Assembly (NCBI GenBank): GCA_038850285.1
Contig: JAWCMA010000009.1
Span: 1-44,212 of the forward strand
Direction: 5' to 3'
DNA length: 44,212 nucleotides
Source: Methanocellales archaeon
GTDB lineage: Archaea > Halobacteriota > JAWCLZ01
Every line of letters starts with the position of its first letter. Within the stretch, counting starts at the first letter, position 1. The notes beneath the pieces are model-generated. The model did no database searches, was not told the DNA's origin, and saw only the letters and a program-made list of their open reading frames with translations. The position numbers and the translations under genes are program-made. This document shows positions 25,829 through 34,860 of the stretch, piece after piece.

Positions 25829-26488
25829 CTAGATGAATCCCAGTGCCTCTTCGATTCGACCGAGTTCAAATCCAGTTGTCATCGAACCTGCGAGATAGCC
25901 CTTTGAATTGGCAATTAAAGCAGTGCCAATTAGAGGCGAGCCTAGGTTGACGGTTCCTATATCTACAGGTAGCTCGAATACTTTTTCTAAAAGTTTTAAC
26001 TCCTCCTCAGTTAAATTGGGATGCACCAGCAGGCCTCTATTCGTAGCCACTCCTGCTGTTCCCACAGTTTTAAGCCCAGCAATTGTTCCTTTAACTGCTT
26101 TTACCCTCAAGGTGCGATTAATCACCTCTATAGCCTTTTTTGACAGCTGAGGATGCACAATTGCAGCGTAATCATTAGCTAGGATTAAATTTCCAACTGC
26201 AGTCATTTTATCAGGTAGCTTTGCTACTTTTGTGAATTTTCGAAGTTTAAGGATTTCACTGTCAAGTGCATATTTAGAGACAATTAAGCCGTGGGAATTA
26301 CCCGCGATGAGCGATCCCACGACTGAACTTTCATCGATAGTAGTGCGAATTATCTCCACCTTTAGCTCCTGCTTTATAATTTCAATATCCCGCTGGGAAA
26401 GCTCAGGAGGCACTACTGCCAACTCCTCGGTATTTGCTACGAATACACCTATGTTGGGGCTTCCATTGAAGCTCATTCTTTTTTTCAT
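25829..26488 (-). CDS. eif6: Translation initiation factor aIF6
   Basis: GSPNIGV, GSLIAGNSHG, GTVNLG, TTGFELGRIEEALG. Confidence 0.97.
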   Translation of the reverse strand: MKKRMSFNGSPNIGVFVANTEELAVVPPELSQRDIEIIKQELKVEIIRTTIDESSVVGSLIAGNSHGLIVSKYALDSEILKLRKFTKVAKLPDKMTAVGNLILANDYAAIVHPQLSKKAIEVINRTLRVKAVKGTIAGLKTVGTAGVATNRGLLVHPNLTEEELKLLEKVFELPVDIGTVNLGSPLIGTALIANSKGYLAGSMTTGFELGRIEEALGFI

Positions 26489-26496
26489 ATTCTCGT

Positions 26497-26805
26497 TTAA
26501 TCTTCTATCAACTCAGCTTCCACCACGCCATCTTCAAACTTCATTGCTCTAACTCTAATCTGAAGCGGCGGCTTTTGAGATCCTCGAGACCAGATCTTTT
26601 CATTTATTGATGCATCGATATGAATATTGTTCTCCTCGGCCTTTAAATGCCGAGCAAGATATGCTTTGATAACTTTGATTGCTTTTTCGCTGCGCTTCCA
26701 TCTAGGTACACTCTTTGCTTTGCGAAGCGGGATTGTGAAAACTTGTTCCAATCCGGTTTTCTCTTTCTTGATTTCCGCTTCTTCCTTTTGCTCTGCCTCA
26801 GCCAT
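26497..26805 (-). CDS. rpl31e: 50S ribosomal protein L31e
   Basis: FTIPLR, RWKRSEKA, INEKIWSRG..KPP..IRV; ATG 26805 after AGGTGA preferred. Confidence 0.95.
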   Translation of the reverse strand: MAEAEQKEEAEIKKEKTGLEQVFTIPLRKAKSVPRWKRSEKAIKVIKAYLARHLKAEENNIHIDASINEKIWSRGSQKPPLQIRVRAMKFEDGVVEAELIED

Positions 26806-26818
26806 TGCTATCACCTTT

Positions 26819-26971
26819 CTATACTTTCAAATTGCTTCTTCTCCAGTTGCGTCTCTTAGGGTGAGAAGTCACATTGCGCTTGGTTCTTAAGATCACCCAC
26901 ACTGGAACGCGCTTGTTTTGCTTCGCTGCTTTAGCCAATCGGAGTTTCTTGCCTTTTGTTTTCTTGCTCAT
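26819..26971 (-). CDS. rpl39e: 50S ribosomal protein L39e (not in the ORF track)
   Basis: Hand translation [50 protein letters not shown]. Confidence 0.97.
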   Translation of the reverse strand: MSKKTKGKKLRLAKAAKQNKRVPVWVILRTKRNVTSHPKRRNWRRSNLKV

Positions 26972-27068
26972 TATTCCACCTTTATTTAAATTCGCTTCTT
27001 AGTAGGTCTCTAATTGAAAATGATTCTCAATTAATTTATCTTCCATTGCTTATAAACCTTGAGTTCAA

Positions 27069-27131
27069 ATTTTTATTCTTTTTTTTCATTTTTTATTTTT
27101 TATTTTTTTATTTTTTATTTTTTTTATTTTT
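27069..27131. repeat. Low-complexity (T5-8 A)n tract
   Basis: ttttttattttttatttttttattttttattttttttattttt at the 3' end of the 27130-27681 gene. Confidence 0.8.
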
Positions 27132-27681
27132 AATATCTTCTATCTTTAAAAGTGATATATAGCAGGGGGAAGCTCAAAGTTAAGATGAAAATAAGGACTA
27201 AGGTTGGATGAGCAATGAAATGCTTCTTGAATAGATTGTAATAGACCACATCGCCTTCCATCAAAAGCCAGATTATAAAGATTAGGAAATAGGTTTTAGA
27301 AATAAACTTAATCGTTTCCCTTCCGGGAAATGAAATTAATATTGGGCTGAAGATAATTAATCCAAATAATACATTAAAGGCAATGAACATGTTAAGCGGC
27401 ATTAAAATATCTGGATTGCCATTTAAATCAAAGTGGACCCAGAAAGCTGCAAGCCTTTCTAGTTCTGAATAATAATATAGAAGCACTACTATTGATATTA
27501 TGTATAAAGTAAATGGAATAATGAGATATTTGATTTTAGATTTTGCATCAACTTCCTGATTCCAAAAATCCCCTTTAAGCGCGAGGTAGCGCTCAAATCT
27601 ATATCTTAAGTATGCTATATAGAAAGCAATTATGATAGCTCCAAATGCCATCGATGCATATCCAATCCAGAATTCAAACAT
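27130..27681 (-). CDS. Membrane protein with a DUF1648-like motif
   Basis: About five hydrophobic segments; 'WVHFDLNGNPD' matches the H(F/W)xxxGxxD motif; AT-rich. Confidence 0.65.
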   Translation of the reverse strand: MFEFWIGYASMAFGAIIIAFYIAYLRYRFERYLALKGDFWNQEVDAKSKIKYLIIPFTLYIISIVVLLYYYSELERLAAFWVHFDLNGNPDILMPLNMFIAFNVLFGLIIFSPILISFPGRETIKFISKTYFLIFIIWLLMEGDVVYYNLFKKHFIAHPTLVLIFILTLSFPLLYITFKDRRY

Positions 27682-27757
27682 TCCTTTTCATTTATAGAAT
27701 TTAAAAATAAAAGGCTTTAAATTTATGGATAAAGCGTTTTCTCCAACTTATTTATCA

Positions 27758-28108
27758 TTATAATCTCCGAATTGTTATATCGCGTTTCTTAGGCTGAAGC
27801 TGCTGGAGAATTTTCACCAGCTGCTCATCGGTTATCATTGATTTTAACTTCCCGCTTTGAGCTAGAAGGATGAGCTGCTGCTCTAAGCTATCTACGAACT
27901 CCGGTCTTGTCATGCGAATTGTATTAAGCCTTTCCCTAGCTTGGGGAGTTAAAATTTGGCGCATAATCAAGGCTTTCTTCGCCTCGTATTCCTGCCTCAT
28001 CTGCTCTTCTTGCAGAGCTTGAAGTTGGGCAGCTTGAGCTTGCTGCTGGAGTTGGGCAAGCTTTTTCCTTCTTATCGCCTCAAGTTCTTCTTCATTCACC
28101 ATTGACAA
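27758..28108 (-). CDS. PDCD5-family DNA-binding protein
   Basis: [37 protein letters not shown]; follows rps19e. Confidence 0.95.
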   Translation of the reverse strand: MSMVNEEELEAIRRKKLAQLQQQAQAAQLQALQEEQMRQEYEAKKALIMRQILTPQARERLNTIRMTRPEFVDSLEQQLILLAQSGKLKSMITDEQLVKILQQLQPKKRDITIRRL

Positions 28109-28114
28109 TTACTC

Positions 28115-28564
28115 CTAGTATTTCTCTAGAGCTGGGATTTGCTTTGAAAGTTCAATTCTCAATTCATTTGCAGTATTATCCAAAAACTCCCTTCCAATAG
28201 TAGAAATTTCCCTGCCTTGCTTGGTAGTTTTAACCAAACCTGCTCTCTCGAGCTGCTGAAGAGCCTCTCTCAATATAGAGCCACTTCCTTTTGCAAATTT
28301 CGCTGGTTCAGATCCTCTGCGTTTCTTACCACCATAATAGGTTCGCAAGCGCTCCGTGCCCACAGGTCCATCCACATATATTCTTCTCAGTAGCGAGGCA
28401 CATCTAATATACCACCAATCATCGCTATCAGGAGGCATCTCTCGATGCATACCTGTTTTAACATAAATTGCCCAAGTAGGTGGTTTAATGCGCTCGTTCT
28501 GCTTCAGCTTACTTGAAACCCTTTTTATGAATATGTCTGTAGGCACATCGTAAACTGTAGTCAT
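28115..28564 (-). CDS. rps19e: 30S ribosomal protein S19e
   Basis: TTVYDVP, VKTG.HRE.PP, WWYIRCAS, YGG, GSGSILR.ALQQLE. Confidence 0.98.
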   Translation of the reverse strand: MTTVYDVPTDIFIKRVSSKLKQNERIKPPTWAIYVKTGMHREMPPDSDDWWYIRCASLLRRIYVDGPVGTERLRTYYGGKKRRGSEPAKFAKGSGSILREALQQLERAGLVKTTKQGREISTIGREFLDNTANELRIELSKQIPALEKY

Positions 28565-28767
28565 TTACTGGCCTCCATAATCGAAATATGTTCAATATAG
28601 TTGAATGATTAGTTTAAATATATTACGTAAAAATTTATTCTCAAAACTAGTATTAATTTTTTCCATAAAAATATATATCAACCTTAACCATTAACCATAA
28701 AGATTAAAAACAAGAAAAACATCATAGCTGAGATCACAGACTTGCGATTATTATACTGGGTGATTGC

Positions 28768-29427
28768 GTGGAAAACATCTGTTTTAACGGGAGAAAGCTA
28801 GTGGTCTTCGACATGGATGGCACATTGGTAGATGCAGAGACTATAGATGAACTTGCGAAAATTGTAGATGCTTATGAAGCGGTAGCGATGCTCACTAAAT
28901 CTGCTATGAATGGCGAGATTGACTTCGGTGTCTCGCTGAAGAAAAGAGCTATGCTGCTAAAAGGATTAAGTGAAGAGCAAGCTTTAAAACTAGCAGAGCA
29001 TATTCCAATAATGAGAGGTGCAAAAGAAGTCATATCTCAACTTGCTCAATTGGGTTATAAAACCGCGCTAGTAACAGGGGGCTTCAAGATAATAGCTGAG
29101 AGGATTGGTAAAAAACTGGGAATAGACTACGTGATTGCAAATGAGCTGGTATTCAAAGATGGAATTGCAACAGGTGAGATTAAAGGCCCTCTTCTGGAGC
29201 AAAATTCCAAAGGGGAAGTAGTGGAAGAGCTGCTTAAAAGAGAAAAGTTAAGCTACGAAGATTGCATAGTCATAGGAGATGGCTCAAACGATCTCTCAAT
29301 GTTCCAAAAAGCCGGGCTGAGAATAGCATTTAATGCAGAATCGATTTTAAAAAGGGCTGCTGATATAGTAATAGATCAAAAAGACCTATCCCCATTGCTC
29401 GCTATCATACTAAATAAGGAGAGCTAA
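28768..29427 (+). CDS. serB: Phosphoserine phosphatase (HAD family)
   Basis: FDMDGTLVDAETIDE, AMNGEIDF, TGGF, GDGSNDL; GTG after GGTGA. Confidence 0.93.
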   Translation: MENICFNGRKLVVFDMDGTLVDAETIDELAKIVDAYEAVAMLTKSAMNGEIDFGVSLKKRAMLLKGLSEEQALKLAEHIPIMRGAKEVISQLAQLGYKTALVTGGFKIIAERIGKKLGIDYVIANELVFKDGIATGEIKGPLLEQNSKGEVVEELLKREKLSYEDCIVIGDGSNDLSMFQKAGLRIAFNAESILKRAADIVIDQKDLSPLLAIILNKES

Positions 29428-29433
29428 GAGAGA

Positions 29434-30294
29434 ATGCTGGAGGAATTGCTAGAAAAGAAACAAAAATTGAAAGCCGAAGCTGAAGAGTTCAAAAGCAAGC
29501 GAACTGCTTTTAACTCCGAAGCAGGCAAATGGTCCAATAGGAGGGATGAATTAAATAAAAGGACCAAAGAGTTGGTGGAAAAGGCCCAACAGTTTAAGCA
29601 AAAAAGAGACGAATACAATGCAAAGGTAAACGAGTACAAGCAAAAGCGAAATGAGCTCAATGAAAAGGCCAATGAAGTTTACGCAAAAGTCGATCAACTG
29701 CGCAAAAAGCTAAATCTAGGCTCAGGACCCTCGCTTAAAGAATTAAAGAGGGAGATCGACCACCTTGAATTCAGGCAGCAAACCGAAGTTTTAACACCAG
29801 ATAAAGAAAAGCAGCTTGTGGAGAAAATCTCACAGCTTCAAGCGGAGTTCGATCGAAAGAAAGAGCAGCTTGAGAAAAACCAAGAGCTGAGGGCACTGCT
29901 TGAAGAAGCGCAAAAATTGAGAGACCAAGCTTCAAACTGCCATAAAAAGGTAACGGAGTATGCAAATAAAGCACAGGAGTTCCACGAGCAGATGATTGCA
30001 GCATTTAAGGAAGCTGATAAAACACGAGGAGAAGCAGATGCGGCTCACCGCGAATTCATTAAAGCACAGGAAAGCGCAGATGAATGCCACAAGCAATATA
30101 TAAAACTGCTTAAGGAAATCCGCGACTTCGAAAGAGTAATCAATGGCTTGAGGCGCAAAACAAGAGAAGCTAGAGAAGAAATCGCGCGGCGTGAAGCACT
30201 CAAGCAGGCAGAGCAAATCTATGCACAATTCAAAAAAGGTGAAAAGCTCGATACTGAAGACATACTGCTGCTACAGAGAGCAGGGTTTATTTAA
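29434..30294 (+). CDS. Archaeal coiled-coil protein (COG1340-like)
   Basis: Long heptad-rich helix, RDELN/RNELN repeats, LEFRQQTEVL, FKKGEKLDTEDILLLQ. Confidence 0.85.
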   Translation: MLEELLEKKQKLKAEAEEFKSKRTAFNSEAGKWSNRRDELNKRTKELVEKAQQFKQKRDEYNAKVNEYKQKRNELNEKANEVYAKVDQLRKKLNLGSGPSLKELKREIDHLEFRQQTEVLTPDKEKQLVEKISQLQAEFDRKKEQLEKNQELRALLEEAQKLRDQASNCHKKVTEYANKAQEFHEQMIAAFKEADKTRGEADAAHREFIKAQESADECHKQYIKLLKEIRDFERVINGLRRKTREAREEIARREALKQAEQIYAQFKKGEKLDTEDILLLQRAGFI

Positions 30295-30308
30295 AAACAA
30301 TAGAATGC

Positions 30309-30393
30309 GCGGAGGTAGCCAAGCCAGGTCAACGGCGATAGATTCAAGATCTATTCCAGTAGTGGTTCACCGGTTCAAATCCGGTCCTCCGCA
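30309..30393 (+). tRNA. tRNA-Leu (CAA), intronless, CCA not encoded
   Basis: Acceptor GCGGAGG/CCTCCGC plus discriminator A; anticodon arm ATAGA-TTCAAGA-TCTAT (CAA at 30345-30347); long variable arm; T arm ACCGG-TTCAAAT-CCGGT. Confidence 0.96.
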
Positions 30394-30396
30394 TAG

Positions 30397-30423
30397 AAAG
30401 GGGAGCCCGTGGTTCTCTTTTTC
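30397..30423 (+). terminator. Hairpin with T-rich 3' arm just downstream of tRNA-Leu
   Basis: GAAAGGGGAGCC-CGT-GGTTCTCTTTTT pairs with several G-U wobbles. Confidence 0.45.
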
Positions 30424-30477
30424 AATCCTCTAAAAAAAGCGCAAAGGTAATGAGTTTGCAAGCAAATTTAAATTTTA

Positions 30478-31371
30478 ATGATCGGAATAAGTTCGGTATC
30501 ATTTTTTAATAAGGATCTAATTGAAGCTTTAATGGAAGCTGTGAGTTATGAGGTAGATCATATAGAAATAATAGCTGAATTTCCACATTGCTATCCACCT
30601 AAAATCAAAGCCAGCCAGAGAGAGCGGATTTTGAAGATAGCACAGGAGTATGGCTTCAAATTTGGAGTCCACGCCCCATTTGTGGATTTAAATGTGGCTC
30701 ATATTAACCCAGACTTGCGAGCCTCTAGCATGCTGCAAATTGAAGAAGCTTTGAAGTTCGCTAGAGATATAGATGCGGAATACGCTGTTGTACATCCAGG
30801 GGAAATTCCCAGGGTTGTGAGAAACTACTTAGAAATACCCACTGAGCAATATCGAGATTTCATTGAGCGCATAATGATAAAAATTGGAAATGAAATACCA
30901 GTAGATTTAAAGCTCCATGAGTGCTTAGATTTTCGAGAGCTCTTCCACCTCTACTCTATCTACTCCATTTTGAAAATAAAGGAAAAAGCTGGATTCGAGG
31001 CAGTTTGCATTGAGAATTTAAGCAACCCTTATTCTCTCTGCAAAACTCCCGAGGAGCACGCACGACACTTGAAATATTTTGAAGGCTGCTTTGACATTGG
31101 ACACGCGAATGTGGCTTCTAATCCATTTGAACACGCGAAAGCAATAAAGGAAAGGATAAAATGCATACATATTCACGATAACTCAGGCAAATATGACGAG
31201 CACTCTCCAATTGGAAAAGGTAAAATAAATTTTGAGGCAGTTATCGAAGTACTTGGGAAGGATAAATGGTATACTTTTGAAGCACTGCCGATGAACGTTG
31301 AATCCCTAACTCAGAGTTTGCCGGTTTTAAGGAAACTACTACTTAATGAAAGGGAGCACCGAAGGCCTTAA
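30478..31371 (+). CDS. Sugar phosphate isomerase/epimerase (AP endonuclease 2 TIM barrel)
   Basis: VHAPFVDLN, VVHPG, IENL, FDIGHA, HIHDN...DEH..IGKG, FE. Confidence 0.88.
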   Translation: MIGISSVSFFNKDLIEALMEAVSYEVDHIEIIAEFPHCYPPKIKASQRERILKIAQEYGFKFGVHAPFVDLNVAHINPDLRASSMLQIEEALKFARDIDAEYAVVHPGEIPRVVRNYLEIPTEQYRDFIERIMIKIGNEIPVDLKLHECLDFRELFHLYSIYSILKIKEKAGFEAVCIENLSNPYSLCKTPEEHARHLKYFEGCFDIGHANVASNPFEHAKAIKERIKCIHIHDNSGKYDEHSPIGKGKINFEAVIEVLGKDKWYTFEALPMNVESLTQSLPVLRKLLLNEREHRRP

Positions 31372-32281
31372 GATATCTATATCTAACTTGATTAATATTT
31401 GGCAGCGAGGATTGAGCACCAAATCCTTCAACCGCATAGGAAGCAACCACGCTCGCGATTCTCCCGCAAGTTAGCAGATCATAATTCCTCGAGAGCCCAA
31501 ATAAAAAGCCAGCGGCATAAGCATCGCCGGCGCCCACAGGATTTCTAGCTCGCTTCACCTTGACCGCGGGAATTCTAATTACCCGCTTGGAAGTTTGAAT
31601 AATACTACCCTTCTCCCCTGAAGTTATCGCCATAGCGCGCAAATTTTCATTCTGCAGTAACTCTTTCATTTCAGCTCCCACTTTTGCAGTTAAAGCTTTA
31701 GCTTCAGCTTCATTCATGAATAAATAATTACATACTCTGAGCAAAAGGCTGAGATAGCGCTTGGATGCTAAATAGATCTCCTTCCCCAAGCTTGCACTTA
31801 TAATCCAATTCATATTTACATTCTTTAACTTTACATTCTTTAACTGCTTTAAAACTCTAGCGCAGAATTTCTCGTGCATTAAAGTGAAGTGCACCATTTC
31901 ACAGCCCTTTAAAATATCTATGTTAAAAGGAAGTGCGTCATAATAGTGATCCACGCGTGGATTATAAAAAGCATAGCTCTTATCAGTAGTAGTATAGAGC
32001 AAGAAGCGCGACATCTCCTCTTGAACTAGCTTTACATTTTCAATATTCACTTGATTCTCCCTTAAATAAGCTTCATAACCCGAGCTAGAGAAATTTCTCC
32101 CAGCGATGGAGAAAAGCGCAGCATTTAAGCCCAGTTTTCTCGCGGCCACTGCAATATTTGCTCCACGTCCACCGTAAAAGACATTTGCAGTTTTAATAAT
32201 CCGGCATTCTCCCTCTCTAGGCAAGGCATCAACATAGTGGATTTCATCAAGCAGTATGTCACCAAAGATGAATAGCTGCAT
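31343..32281 (-). CDS. PfkB-family carbohydrate/nucleoside kinase
   Basis: YGGRGANIAVA, FMNEAEA, TSGEKGS, NPVGAGDAYAAGF; ATG 32281 (MQLFIFG) preferred, start uncertain. Confidence 0.88.
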   Translation of the reverse strand: MQLFIFGDILLDEIHYVDALPREGECRIIKTANVFYGGRGANIAVAARKLGLNAALFSIAGRNFSSSGYEAYLRENQVNIENVKLVQEEMSRFLLYTTTDKSYAFYNPRVDHYYDALPFNIDILKGCEMVHFTLMHEKFCARVLKQLKNVKLKNVNMNWIISASLGKEIYLASKRYLSLLLRVCNYLFMNEAEAKALTAKVGAEMKELLQNENLRAMAITSGEKGSIIQTSKRVIRIPAVKVKRARNPVGAGDAYAAGFLFGLSRNYDLLTCGRIASVVASYAVEGFGAQSSLPNINQVRYRYLKAFGAPFH

Positions 32282-32335
32282 AAATGTAAAAAAAGCATAC
32301 AAAGTTTTAAAATTAATGCTACTAGAGTGAAAAAT

Positions 32336-32917
32336 ATGAGTAGAGAATTTCTAGTAATAGGACATAAAGCAGTAACCACTTCAGATTTCTCCTTGAATGA
32401 CCTGCCTAGCTCTGGCGGTAGAATGGATATTCTATGTCGATGTGTTAACGCTGCTCTATTTCTCTCCCATAGCTTGAGAAAGGATGTGCGCATTCATCTC
32501 CTACTCCTTGGCCCACCAGATCCCCCTGTTAAAATAACATTTAACTGCAATTTAGTGAAATATTTAAACCCTGATGAGCGAAGTGCAGGTTCCTTAATTC
32601 AAAAGGCTCTAAAGCATCGAGTGGGAGAATCAACTCCTGGTGTTTTTATTTCCAAGCAAAATTTGGAGGAAATAATTGAGGGGAAAAATTTGATTTATCT
32701 ACACCCAGAAGGAGAGGATATAAGAAATATTGAGATAATAGAAAACACTATGTTCATACTCGGCGATCACCTAGGGCTTACGCAGCAAGAAGAGGAATTG
32801 CTAGAGAAAATGCAAGCGAAAAAAGTTAGCGTAGGCCCGGAGAAATATCACGCGGAGCATTGCATAGTAATCGTGCATAATGAATTAGATAGGAGAGAGA
32901 AATGGAAGCGCAAGTGA
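32336..32917 (+). CDS. trmY: tRNA (pseudouridine54-N1)-methyltransferase
   Basis: FSLNDLP..GGRMDILCRC, PDERS, FILGDHLG, SVGP..YHA..CI...HNELD; start 32327 (GTG) or 32336 (ATG). Confidence 0.95.
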   Translation: MSREFLVIGHKAVTTSDFSLNDLPSSGGRMDILCRCVNAALFLSHSLRKDVRIHLLLLGPPDPPVKITFNCNLVKYLNPDERSAGSLIQKALKHRVGESTPGVFISKQNLEEIIEGKNLIYLHPEGEDIRNIEIIENTMFILGDHLGLTQQEEELLEKMQAKKVSVGPEKYHAEHCIVIVHNELDRREKWKRK

Positions 32918-34248
32918 TTGAAACTGCTTTGGAAATACTTAAAGAGGGCAGCATTTGCGATAACTGCCTTGGAAGGCAATTTGCTCAACTTGCAACTGGC
33001 TTGACAAATGCTGAGAGGGGAAGAGCAATAAAGATAATTCTAGCTATGATCGCTGATGAACAGCTAAAGAAGAGAGGCGAGGGAGAACTATTGGAATTAC
33101 TTGCACCTAGCAGCGAGCACGCACAGAAAAAACTGGGAGTTAAAATTGAGCAGAAATGTTGGGTATGCGGCGATCTTTTTAAAAAAATAGAAAAACTAGA
33201 GGAGAAAGCCCAAAGATTACTCGCAAACTATGAATATAATACCTTCCACGTGGGTACAATTGTGAGAGGCGAACTGGCTGAGAAGGAGGAAATCCTCTGG
33301 AATAAATATAAAATTACACAAGCAGAGCCTTTGAAGGCAGAGGTAAATCGCGAAATTGGCAAGCTACTGCAGCATAAAACTGGTAAAAAAGTAGAACTCA
33401 TGCGTCCTGATATCGTGGTTTTAATAGATCTTGAAAGGGAAGAAGCTAGGCTTCAGGTGAATTCCATTTTCATTTATGGTAAATATAGAAAACTCATAAG
33501 AGGTATTCCTCAAACCCACTGGCCCTGCAGAAATTGCCATGGTATAGGCTGCGAGCGCTGCAATTTCACTGGCAAAATGTATATAGAATCAGTTGAAGAA
33601 TTGGTCGCGCCTAAGGTGCTTGAAGCAAGCGGTGGAAGGAAAGCGATCTTTCACGGTGCAGGCAGAGAGGATATAGATGCTAGAGTGCTAGGTAGAGGCA
33701 GGCCTTTCATACTTGAAGTTAGAGAGCCAAAAATAAGAAATCTTGATCTCAAAACTCTGGAGCAAGCGATCAATAGCTATGCTGCAGGCAAGGTAGAAGT
33801 AGAGGGACTTAGATTTGTGGAGAAAACAGCTGTAGAAATAATAAAAAATAGAGAGGCAGAGAAGCTATATAGAGTAAAAGTGATATTTGATCAAGCAATT
33901 TCAGAGGAAAAGCTTAAAATAGCGCTAGCATCGTTAATAAAGACCACAATAGAGCAAAGAACCCCTCAGCGTGTAGCTCATCGACGAGCAGATAGAATTC
34001 GAAGGCGCAAGGTACTTGAAGTTGAGCTTAAGGAATTTAAGAGCAATGAAGCATTGCTAGAAATACGCTGCGAAGGTGGATTGTATGTTAAAGAGCTTAT
34101 CTCAGGTGATGGAGGTAGAACTAAACCCAGTTTATCGGAAATGCTTGGAGTTGAAGCTAGCGCGGTGGAACTAGATGTAATTGAAGTGCTTGGAGGGATT
34201 GAATGGCAAGATCTCGCGGTGAGAGAAGAAAAACAAGAGATAGATTAA
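32902..34248 (+). CDS. pus10: tRNA pseudouridine(54/55) synthase
   Basis: CDNCLGRQF, GKYRKL.RGIPQT, HGAGREDIDAR, QRTP.RV.HRR, GGLYVKEL..GD.GRT.PS. Confidence 0.97.
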   Translation: MEAQVIETALEILKEGSICDNCLGRQFAQLATGLTNAERGRAIKIILAMIADEQLKKRGEGELLELLAPSSEHAQKKLGVKIEQKCWVCGDLFKKIEKLEEKAQRLLANYEYNTFHVGTIVRGELAEKEEILWNKYKITQAEPLKAEVNREIGKLLQHKTGKKVELMRPDIVVLIDLEREEARLQVNSIFIYGKYRKLIRGIPQTHWPCRNCHGIGCERCNFTGKMYIESVEELVAPKVLEASGGRKAIFHGAGREDIDARVLGRGRPFILEVREPKIRNLDLKTLEQAINSYAAGKVEVEGLRFVEKTAVEIIKNREAEKLYRVKVIFDQAISEEKLKIALASLIKTTIEQRTPQRVAHRRADRIRRRKVLEVELKEFKSNEALLEIRCEGGLYVKELISGDGGRTKPSLSEMLGVEASAVELDVIEVLGGIEWQDLAVREEKQEID

Positions 34249-34493
34249 GTAAAACCATTAGAGAAAAAGGACTCTCCCCAGTGAGCAGAGCAGTTAGAGA
34301 ATATAAAATTGGAGAGAGAGTGCACATAGAAATAGATCCCAGTGTGCATAGAGGCATGCCCAATCCAAAGTTCCAAGGTAAAACTGGAAGGATAATAGGC
34401 ATGAGAGGCAGTGCCTACATTGTAGAGGTCAGCGATGGCAATGCAATTAAAGAGATAAATATTAGAGCTCAGCACTTGAAACCCTCGAGGTGA
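34203..34493 (+). CDS. rpl21e: 50S ribosomal protein L21e
   Basis: SRG.RRKTR, IDPSVHRGMP..KFQGKTG, HLKP. Confidence 0.97.
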   Translation: MARSRGERRKTRDRLSKTIREKGLSPVSRAVREYKIGERVHIEIDPSVHRGMPNPKFQGKTGRIIGMRGSAYIVEVSDGNAIKEINIRAQHLKPSR

Positions 34494-34497
34494 AGGG

Positions 34498-34860
34498 ATG
34501 ATAGTTAAACAAGTCAAAGGAGAAGAGCTTCTAACGCTCGCTGAGATAAAGGAGATCTTGACTCAAATTGCAGAGGAGAGGGAAAAAGCTGGGAAGGAAT
34601 TGAGATATGAACAGAAGCGGGCTTTGGAGCATGCGAAGACATTTGTCAAGCTCTCTGCAGATGATGCTAAGAAAATGGTTGAAGAACTGCTCCACCTCGA
34701 GAAGACGAAGCCCTCCATTGCAATACAAATTTCAAACATCCTGCCTCTAACTAAGGATGAAGTGCGCTCTGTTTATGCTAAGGAGAGATTTACCTTAACT
34801 GAGGAGGATTTAGAAAAAATATTAAACATTGTGAAAAAATATGCATACAGCAAGAGATGA
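34498..34860 (+). CDS. rpoF: RNA polymerase subunit F (Rpo4)
   Basis: LTLAEIKEIL, YEQKRALEHA..F, ILP...DEVRSVYAKER; synteny. Confidence 0.94.
   Translation: MIVKQVKGEELLTLAEIKEILTQIAEEREKAGKELRYEQKRALEHAKTFVKLSADDAKKMVEELLHLEKTKPSIAIQISNILPLTKDEVRSVYAKERFTLTEEDLEKILNIVKKYAYSKR

Noticed and set aside
26956-27162. 68-aa Phe-rich ORF on the + strand
   Set aside because: It is the translation of the T-rich low-complexity tract, not a credible membrane protein
29434-30294. Coiled-coil protein as SMC or a second phosphoserine phosphatase
   Set aside because: No Walker or HAD motifs; it is a purely helical archaeal coiled-coil family
30309-30393. tRNA-Leu as the integration site of a mobile element
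   Set aside because: No integrase and no duplicated tRNA 3' end were seen in the window
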